A DNA stretch of 32,000 bases from Candidatus Saccharimonadota bacterium (GTDB lineage: Bacteria > Patescibacteriota > Saccharimonadia > Saccharimonadales > Saccharimonadaceae): positions 210,001 to 242,000 of the forward strand of contig JBDSDX010000001.1 of assembly GCA_039920285.1 (NCBI GenBank), written 5' to 3'. The notes below the pieces were generated by a model. It was not told the DNA's origin and ran no database searches. It saw only the letters and a program-made list of their open reading frames with translations. Positions 26,121 through 32,000 of the stretch are shown piece after piece. The stretch's first letter is position 1, and each line of letters begins with the position of its first letter. The position numbers and the translations under genes are program-made.

Positions 26121-26642
26121 ATGCAATCCGAAGAAACAGACACTCTACCACCTGCTGCACCACTCGAAAATAGTGATCCGGTCAAAATCGAACCGGTCGA
26201 GCCATTGAAACCTATTAAAAAAATGCCCCGTCAGCGGCACTTCCTCGCCGTATTCTTCATTAGCTTCATGTGGGGAACCTTCGGGGTCGACCGTTTTTAT
26301 ATGGGATATTGGGTGACTGGATTCTTGAAGCTTATGACGTTCGGCGGCTTTGGACTCTGGGCGATGATCGATCTTATTATCATCATGACCGGTACGATGA
26401 AAGATAAGCAAGGTAGAGATATGCTCCAGGTGGCTGAATATAAGAGGTTTGCTGCACGAACGATTCTCATTTTTGCTATTTCCCTTGGTCTTTTTGTCTT
26501 ACTTAATGGCATTGCAATTATTGTGACTGTGACCCAGCTCATTTCTGGACTTCAAGACGGTAGTTTAAATGGTATCGATATCAATCAGTTACAAAGTGGT
26601 GGCGGTCTGAGTCCAGACCAAATAAAATCACTCGGTTTATAG
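26121..26642 (+). CDS. TM2 domain-containing membrane protein
   Basis: The motif is HFLAVFFISFMWGTFGVDRFYMGYWVTGFLKLMTFGGFGLWAMIDLIIIMTG. Confidence 0.8.
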   Translation: MQSEETDTLPPAAPLENSDPVKIEPVEPLKPIKKMPRQRHFLAVFFISFMWGTFGVDRFYMGYWVTGFLKLMTFGGFGLWAMIDLIIIMTGTMKDKQGRDMLQVAEYKRFAARTILIFAISLGLFVLLNGIAIIVTVTQLISGLQDGSLNGIDINQLQSGGGLSPDQIKSLGL

Positions 26643-27278
26643 CGACGGCTTATTGTCGAGTGAGTGCCATACATACCAACTAGCAACAGACTCGTAAGGA
26701 TGCCATTTGTGTTTCTTAGCAATCTTTTCCATTTCTTCGGGTGTCGGTTTTTCTTTTAGATCATAAAGTGCATAGATTCCATTTTTAATACCAAGATCAC
26801 CCGTCGGCAATACATCCATTCGTCCCATACAAAAAAGGAGGAACATGTGAACGGTCCAAACACCAACACCTTTTATTTTTGTGAGCTCAGCAATAATTTC
26901 TTCATTAGTAAGGCTGTCGAGGTGATTAAATTCAACACTCTTTTCAAGGACCTTGACAGCCAGGTCTTGAATATATGTCGCTTTTTGCCGAGATAGACCA
27001 ACGCCTCGAAACGCCTCAACATCTTTCTCGAGAATCTGGCCTGGTGTCGGAAATTCATCTCCGGGAAAAAGATCGAGAAAGCGGTTCATGATCGTGCGGG
27101 CGGCTTTAACGCTGAGTTGTTGAGATACGATACTCTCAACCAATTCCTGATAATAGTTTTTGTGTGGTGTTATGGTTGGCAGACCAGCTTTGGCAATGAC
27201 TGGAGTAAGCGTAGGGTCAACACTCGCTAAGTAATCAGCGGCTGTCTTTAGAGAAACAGGGTTAGCGAGATCTTTCAC
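26637..27278 (-). CDS. DNA-3-methyladenine glycosylase II-like (AlkA/HhH-GPD family)
   Basis: The GTG start overlaps the MBL TAG by 1 nt. The helix-hairpin-helix reads LTKIKGVGVWTVHMFLLFCMGRMDVLPTGDLGIKNG. Confidence 0.8.
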   Translation of the reverse strand: MKDLANPVSLKTAADYLASVDPTLTPVIAKAGLPTITPHKNYYQELVESIVSQQLSVKAARTIMNRFLDLFPGDEFPTPGQILEKDVEAFRGVGLSRQKATYIQDLAVKVLEKSVEFNHLDSLTNEEIIAELTKIKGVGVWTVHMFLLFCMGRMDVLPTGDLGIKNGIYALYDLKEKPTPEEMEKIAKKHKWHPYESVASWYVWHSLDNKPSL

Positions 27279-27916
27279 TAGTTGATCTCGATGGTCTCAC
27301 CATCGATACGTCTATATTCAATGTCAGCATCTTTCGCAAAGCGATCAATTAAGCGATCAACGATACTTTGGCCAGCAGGTGACAGAATAGCATCATGAGT
27401 AGGAAAAGCAGAACGAGGGGCGACTGCTAACAAGAAATCGACGGCTTCGCTTACTTTCATCCAGGGAGCCCCAACGGGTAGTGCGAGTGTGTCGACCGAT
27501 TTCTCTGGAATGGTAAATGAGTCACCAGGATAATATATTCGTTCATCGATCATCACGCCGACATTTTGAGTAACTGGTAGCGACGGGTGAATTGTCGCGT
27601 GATCTTCACCAAAGAATTCAAGCTCAATGCCCTCGATGGTGAAGTTATCACCTCCGCGAACGGTACGAGTTTCGAAGTTTTTTAATTGAGAGGTAACGTC
27701 AGCAGGCCCCATGATAACAACATTTGGGTGAGTTTTGACAATGCTTGCAAGGTGGTTAACGTCAAGGTGGTCGCCATGTTCATGAGTAATCACAACAGCG
27801 ACTACTTCGTTATCAGGCATAACAAAATCTGTCGTCAATCCACCAGGGTCCACAACAAGAACTTTTCCTTCTTTTTCCACAACAAAACAAGCGTGTTCGT
27901 ATTTTGTGAGTTGCAT
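27278..27916 (-). CDS. MBL-fold metallo-hydrolase
   Basis: The metal-binding motif is VITHEHGDHLD. The preferred start is the ATG at 27916 (MQLTKYEHACF), preceded by GGAGG (27921-27925) and overlapping the msrA TAA by 1 nt. The ORF track start at 27934 is less likely. Confidence 0.85.
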   Translation of the reverse strand: MQLTKYEHACFVVEKEGKVLVVDPGGLTTDFVMPDNEVVAVVITHEHGDHLDVNHLASIVKTHPNVVIMGPADVTSQLKNFETRTVRGGDNFTIEGIELEFFGEDHATIHPSLPVTQNVGVMIDERIYYPGDSFTIPEKSVDTLALPVGAPWMKVSEAVDFLLAVAPRSAFPTHDAILSPAGQSIVDRLIDRFAKDADIEYRRIDGETIEIN

Positions 27917-28443
27917 TAATCCTCCTTGAACCATTTTGTGTATGCCGCACGAGCTTTAATAATCTTCGGCGTAATCACAATTGAACAGTAGCCATTGCCT
28001 GGATTTTGATTGAAGTAATCTTGATGTTCATCTTCTGCAGGGAAGAATGTATCGAGTGGTTTGATTTCGGTCACGATCGGGTCGTTCCAGTGTGTCTTAG
28101 CGCGAATTTCAGCAGCTTCGAACGCCGCCTTCTGAGTATCGTTTGTATAGTACATAGCCGATCGATACTGTGTCCCTACATCGGCACCTTGGCGGTTCAA
28201 TGTCGTCGGGTCATGGATTAAGAAAAAAAGATCAAGAATTGTCTCAGAGGGAATGATATTTTCGTCAAACGTAATTTCAACTGCTTCGGCGTGACCTGTT
28301 TCACCAGTCGCTACTTGATAGTAGGTTGGGTTGTCGGTCGCACCGCCAGCGTATCCACTGACGACACTCGTGACGCCTTTTAGTCGTCGATAGACGGCAT
28401 CCAAGCACCAAAAACATCCTCCTGCAATCACATATGTTGTCAT
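27916..28443 (-). CDS. msrA: Peptide-methionine (S)-S-oxide reductase
   Basis: The sequence is MTTYVIAGGCFWCLDAVYRRLKGVTSVVSGYAGG...GHAEAVEITFD...DPTTLNRQGADVGTQYRS. The 247-aa ORF in the track is an upstream extension that overlaps the divergent gene. The true ATG is at 28443, with TATAAT 6 nt upstream. Confidence 0.92.
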   Translation of the reverse strand: MTTYVIAGGCFWCLDAVYRRLKGVTSVVSGYAGGATDNPTYYQVATGETGHAEAVEITFDENIIPSETILDLFFLIHDPTTLNRQGADVGTQYRSAMYYTNDTQKAAFEAAEIRAKTHWNDPIVTEIKPLDTFFPAEDEHQDYFNQNPGNGYCSIVITPKIIKARAAYTKWFKED

Positions 28444-28449
28444 AGTCCT

Positions 28450-28467
28450 ATTATACGCCGGTATAAT
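28450..28467. promoter_or_regulatory. Back-to-back divergent TATAAT boxes in the 30-bp msrA / mutY-like intergenic region
   Basis: The minus strand reads TATAAT (28455..28450)-aggact-ATG(28443). The plus strand reads TATAAT (28462-28467)-agatga-ATG(28474). Confidence 0.55.
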
Positions 28468-28473
28468 AGATGA

Positions 28474-29274
28474 ATGAAATCTAAAGATTTTCAAGAAATA
28501 ATCTGGCAAAAAGGCAATGAATTGTTTCGTACGATGCCGTGGCGTGATAATACCGAGCCTTATTTCGTATTGGTGAGCGAGTTGATGCTTCAGCAAACAC
28601 AGGTCGATCGAGTGATTCCAAAATTTCATCAATTTATGGAATCCTTTCCGACCATCCAAGTGCTCGCCCGTGCATCACTGGGTGACGTGCTCACTGTGTG
28701 GAGCGGACTGGGTTACAACCGTCGGGCAAAGTTTCTTCATGAAGCAGCCAAGAAAGTCATAGTAGACTTTAATGGGCAAATCCCAACGACGTTTGAGGGC
28801 CTCGTCACACTTCCTGGAGTCGGTCCGAATACTGCCGGAGCAGTGTTAGTCTATAGCTTCAATCAACCTGTCATCTTTGTCGAAACTAACATTCGGACAG
28901 TGTATTTTTATCATCTATTTGAAGATGCGACACTTATTAGTGACACTGAGCTGAGAGAAAAGGTAACTGAAACGTTAGATCATGAACACCCACGTGAATG
29001 GTACTGGGCATTGATGGATTACGGTGCATATCTAAAGAAACAGGGTGTGGGACAGATTGATCGCAGTCGCCACTATAAAAAGCAGGCTCCGCTAAAAGGA
29101 AGTCTGCGTGAGGTGAGGGGTCAGATCTTGAAAGCACTCACCATAAAGGATATGTCAAAGACGGAACTCGCGAAACGTATGCCTGAAGATGAGCGATACG
29201 AACAAGCCATAACTGCACTATTGAACGAAGGTCTTGTGGTGAAGACTGCTAACCGATTACATTTAACGCGATAA
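28474..29274 (+). CDS. MutY-like HhH-GPD DNA glycosylase with no cysteines (no Fe-S cluster motif) and a C-terminal winged-helix-like tail
   Basis: Motifs are PWRDNTEPYFVLVSELMLQQTQVDRVIPKFHQFMESFPT, WSGLGYNRRAKFLHEAAK and LPGVGPNTAGAVLVYSFNQPVIFVETNIRTV. The 266-aa product contains no Cys. Confidence 0.8.
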   Translation: MKSKDFQEIIWQKGNELFRTMPWRDNTEPYFVLVSELMLQQTQVDRVIPKFHQFMESFPTIQVLARASLGDVLTVWSGLGYNRRAKFLHEAAKKVIVDFNGQIPTTFEGLVTLPGVGPNTAGAVLVYSFNQPVIFVETNIRTVYFYHLFEDATLISDTELREKVTETLDHEHPREWYWALMDYGAYLKKQGVGQIDRSRHYKKQAPLKGSLREVRGQILKALTIKDMSKTELAKRMPEDERYEQAITALLNEGLVVKTANRLHLTR

Positions 29275-29278
29275 ACGG

Positions 29279-29284
29279 TATAAT
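29279..29284 (+). promoter_or_regulatory. TATAAT box 8 nt upstream of the ATG of the 179-aa gene
   Basis: The sequence is cggTATAATgagataacATG (ATG at 29293). Confidence 0.4.
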
Positions 29285-29292
29285 GAGATAAC

Positions 29293-29832
29293 ATGAAATT
29301 GCCCGCCCGACTACTTGTTGTAGGAATACTTGCTACCATCTTTATGGCCGTCTTCGCGGTCAAAGATTCGTATGCGCAGGCGTCACTGACTGACGATCAG
29401 CTACACAAGATAAGTGTCAATTGCGTGTCTATTAAAAATACCTTAAACCAGCTTCACGCTACCGATGCCTTACTCCGTGTTAATAGGGGACAGATTTACG
29501 AGGCGATGAGCACAAAGTTGATGGATCGTTTTAACACTCGTTTGGCGAGTAACGGACTTGATGCCACTGGAACGGTTGCAGTCACTGTGAGCTATCGATC
29601 GGCCCTGGACACCTTCCGGACCGACTACCAGTCGTATGAACGTCAAATGACGACGGCTATTCGAACAGACTGTAGTAAGAAGCCGGGTGATTTTTATGCT
29701 GCGGTTGAAGATGCTCGTACAAAACGAAACAAGGTCCATGCCGATGTCCTCAAACTACATCAGTATATTGATGACTACCGTTCGGCCGTCAATGATTTTT
29801 ATATTAACTTCGCACGAGTGAGAGGGGAATAA
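29293..29832 (+). CDS. 179-aa secreted helical protein, unknown function
   Basis: The signal peptide is MKLPARLLVVGILATIFMAVFAVKDSYAQA. The rest is predicted helical and polar, with two Cys. Confidence 0.65.
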   Translation: MKLPARLLVVGILATIFMAVFAVKDSYAQASLTDDQLHKISVNCVSIKNTLNQLHATDALLRVNRGQIYEAMSTKLMDRFNTRLASNGLDATGTVAVTVSYRSALDTFRTDYQSYERQMTTAIRTDCSKKPGDFYAAVEDARTKRNKVHADVLKLHQYIDDYRSAVNDFYINFARVRGE

Positions 29833-29833
29833 T

Positions 29834-30217
29834 ATGGACGAAACATCTGAAAAAGCAGTCGCAATCGAAGATATGAATTTTTGGGATAAACATCGATTCT
29901 TGGTTCTTGTCGCTATCACTATTGTGATCTCTATCATACTCGTTATCGTTAGTCTTGTTATCTACAACGTCAGTGGCTCAGCGCAACTAGACTTGAGCCG
30001 TCCAGGTTATCAATCAGTCAGCGGTAAAGTTGATAAAACCGATAATATTGATGAATACAATAGCTCAGGCCCCGTCAACAAATCAACAGTTGATGAATTT
30101 ACGAAACTTTATGATGCTCAAGCTGTTAAGGCAAAAGCAGTCAATGCGTATAATGGCGACCCATTAAATCCGGAAGTTCTTGAGTTCGGTAACGATGCCG
30201 TATCAACAGATAATTAA
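29834..30217 (+). CDS. 127-aa single-pass membrane protein, unknown function
   Basis: It starts 1 nt after the upstream stop. The TM helix is FLVLVAITIVISIILVIVSLVIYNV. Confidence 0.65.
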   Translation: MDETSEKAVAIEDMNFWDKHRFLVLVAITIVISIILVIVSLVIYNVSGSAQLDLSRPGYQSVSGKVDKTDNIDEYNSSGPVNKSTVDEFTKLYDAQAVKAKAVNAYNGDPLNPEVLEFGNDAVSTDN

Positions 30218-30819
30218 ATTTCTTCGCCGTTGAAAAGTCGGATTGCTTTAAACGCGTGTTCGCCAAGCGGACCACCAAGCGGAAACTTATCGAAATCTGT
30301 CGCAAGCGCACGGTTCCGGTAGTTTGGATCTTCGGTCAGTTCTCGACCAAGCCACGTAAAGGGAACGAACCTCTCTGAAGCAGCTATTTTTTCTTCAGTC
30401 GTTGCACCAGCGAACTCGATTTCCGTCATCGTAAGCCCGCGGTGACGTTGCAAAAATGCATCAATCGCTACCTCATGTGGTCCAAAAGAACTGATTCGAC
30501 GAAGCTTTTGTAGTGTTCGATTGTGAGTTTGCTCCCATAACTCATGAAATAGATCTTCAGGGATCTCTGCTTCATTGATCGGTTCACCACGTACAAGACC
30601 AGATGAAGATTTCACTGTCATCGTGTAGCTCGTCTCGTCCGTGTGCGTATCGACAATTGTTCGGACGCGTAGTTCAGACCCTTTATTACCGATTGCAACG
30701 TAGCCCTGCTCGATTAAAAGCTCTTGGGTGATATCAAGCTCTGGAATAGTATCGGGGTCAACTTCAAAACGTCGTTCGACTTCTGCTTTCTTGGGTAGGG
30801 CTCTTTCTAGGTCTGTCAT
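30214..30819 (-). CDS. CYTH-domain protein (triphosphate tunnel metalloenzyme, CyaB/ThTPase-like)
   Basis: The ATG at 30819 is preceded by AAGGAG with a 5-nt spacer; the longer 226-aa ORF is an extension. Motifs are EVERRFEV, IEQGYVA, ELRVRT, TMTVKSS, RGEPINEAEI, LQKLRRIS, VAIDAF...LTMTEIEF and PFTWLGRELTEDPNYRNRALA. Confidence 0.8.
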   Translation of the reverse strand: MTDLERALPKKAEVERRFEVDPDTIPELDITQELLIEQGYVAIGNKGSELRVRTIVDTHTDETSYTMTVKSSSGLVRGEPINEAEIPEDLFHELWEQTHNRTLQKLRRISSFGPHEVAIDAFLQRHRGLTMTEIEFAGATTEEKIAASERFVPFTWLGRELTEDPNYRNRALATDFDKFPLGGPLGEHAFKAIRLFNGEEI

Positions 30820-30862
30820 AATTTCTCCTTTAATTGTACTAATAAATAGGGGTCGCGCAAGC

Positions 30863-31567
30863 TTAAGCAGAGAGGAGATTAAAGGCCTCTTCACTTTCTA
30901 ATTCGAATAATTCACAGAGAAGGGCATGGGCGTCGATGATTTCTGGAAACTCTTCATACTTTTCTCGAAGTCGAGCGTTCAACTTTAAATGATCTTCTAG
31001 AAGCGTCGCAGCAGATTCAACATTAAAATCTTCAACCATAATACGGACACCATCACCTAATATATCCACGAGAACGGGCATTAGTTTATCAACTGCTCTG
31101 ACAAATCGTGATTCAAGGCTCTGCTGAGACTCGTACGCTCGAACAAGTGCTCCGGTGTATGGTGGGAGCGTCTCGATGAGCTCATCGAGCGCATCGTGTT
31201 CTAGTTGTTCTTTTCGCGCGAGATCTTCGGCTGAAATGTTAAACGTTCCTACATCTGCTGTTTTTAATTCGATGAGATCGTGAACACCTGCATATTGAGC
31301 GACTAAACCTGTATCGAGGGTAGCAGGGTATAGAGTATAGGCAAGCTCACTTGCGATGAGGCTCAGCATGTAACTATGTTCGACATCACTCTCGCGCAGA
31401 CTATCGGCGTAACGAGGAACACGCTCGACTCGGGCAAAATCCATTGCGACTCCTGCGAGGGTAAGTGCAATGGCAGCGATGTGTTGCTGAGGTTCTTTCT
31501 GGACCTCTGGGCTGACGAGTTCGGTTAACTCAATTTGGTCAATAAATATTTCTTTATGTTTTTCCAT
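30863..31567 (-). CDS. HD-domain phosphohydrolase (YfbR-like 5'-deoxynucleotidase family candidate)
   Basis: The ATG at 31567 is preceded by AAGGAG with a 7-nt spacer. Motifs are RESDVEHSYMLSLIASELA ... YAGVHDLIELKTADV. Confidence 0.65.
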   Translation of the reverse strand: MEKHKEIFIDQIELTELVSPEVQKEPQQHIAAIALTLAGVAMDFARVERVPRYADSLRESDVEHSYMLSLIASELAYTLYPATLDTGLVAQYAGVHDLIELKTADVGTFNISAEDLARKEQLEHDALDELIETLPPYTGALVRAYESQQSLESRFVRAVDKLMPVLVDILGDGVRIMVEDFNVESAATLLEDHLKLNARLREKYEEFPEIIDAHALLCELFELESEEAFNLLSA

Positions 31568-31664
31568 GACTACTCTCCTTTTGTATCTTTTTATTTCTAA
31601 CAGATACATTTTCATGGTATTTTAGAAGTAGGAAAGGGTATAGGAAGTAAAAATTGAGTCAAAT

Positions 31665-32000
31665 ATGATTGAGCAAATATCCATAGATCATCACATCCAG
31701 CGTTATATGATTGATGTACTCATGTTTCGCGAAATAGCTCGATTTCGTGATCTTCGTCCTCCTAAAACTGATACCAACCTCTTTAGTTATCACTTAAAGT
31801 CACTTATTAAATCAGGCATGATTAAAAAAGTTGACGGTGGCTATACGCTTAGTAATCTCGGATTGTCATATGTCGACCGTGTCAGCACACAAAAGAAGGC
31901 TATTCGTAAACAGCCAAAAATTATTACCATGCTCTTGATTCAAAATAGTGAAGGGGACGTTTTGTTGCAGAAGCGTGACAAGCAACCATATATCAATGCA
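31665..32000 (+). CDS. Winged-helix protein, probably a wHTH-Nudix fusion (5' partial, continues past the window end)
   Basis: Hand translation from the ATG at 31665 gives MIEQISIDHHIQRYMIDVLMFREIARFRDLRPPKTDTNLFSYHLKSLIKSGMIKKVDGGYTLSNLGLSYVDRVSTQKKAIRKQPKIITMLLIQNSEGDVLLQKRDKQPYINA. The frame is open to position 32000. The Nudix box itself is not inside the window. Confidence 0.5.
   Translation, partial: MIEQISIDHHIQRYMIDVLMFREIARFRDLRPPKTDTNLFSYHLKSLIKSGMIKKVDGGYTLSNLGLSYVDRVSTQKKAIRKQPKIITMLLIQNSEGDVLLQKRDKQPYINA

Noticed and set aside
25557-26126. 189-aa (-) ORF antisense to aspS
   Set aside because: It is a shadow ORF inside a high-confidence aspS gene.
28444-28659. 72-codon N-terminal extension of the msrA ORF (247-aa version)
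   Set aside because: The extension overlaps the divergent MutY-like gene and has no MsrA homology. The conserved MsrA N-terminus (MTTYVIAGGCFWC) starts at the ATG at 28443, which has its own TATAAT box.

Overview
The window is gene-dense, uses the standard genetic code (ORFs are intact and TGA acts as a stop), and contains no rRNA, tRNA, CRISPR array, transposase or integrase that I can see. Its content suggests a small-genome, monoderm-style bacterium, most plausibly CPR/Patescibacteria (Saccharibacteria-like). That assignment is inference, based on an archaeal-type AspRS, a stripped-down F-ATPase operon, giant T/S/G/N-rich surface proteins and a His-rich N-terminal motif. There are three blocks. 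(1) Coordinates 1-14782 hold a cell-surface supercluster. Seven co-directional minus-strand genes comprise three paralogous secreted beta-rich proteins, a C-terminally anchored DUF916/DUF3324-like protein, a PKD-domain membrane protein, a 1186-aa fibre/CBM-like protein, and a >=1597-codon Kelch plus glycine-rich giant protein. The giant protein is missing from the ORF track because it runs off the window start. A divergent beta-helical membrane protein completes the block. This is my best candidate for an undescribed system: a Csc/WxL-like or donor-strand-type surface fibre/adhesion module. (2) Coordinates 14783-20683 hold an atpF-H-A-G-D-C operon with no a or c subunit genes. It is headed instead by a translationally coupled 281-aa secreted/membrane protein. 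Its epsilon subunit is truncated and the beta DELSEED loop is degenerate. (3) Coordinates 20788-32000 hold housekeeping and repair genes: an MFS transporter, a DsbA-like oxidoreductase, a CNNM/CBS protein, aspS, a TM2 protein, an msrA-MBL-glycosylase operon, a cysteine-free MutY-like glycosylase, and CYTH, HD and wHTH-Nudix-like genes. A recurrent TATAAT-like box lies 6-10 nt upstream of many start codons, which suggests widespread leaderless or near-leaderless mRNAs. All functional calls come from reading motifs by eye; no database search was run.
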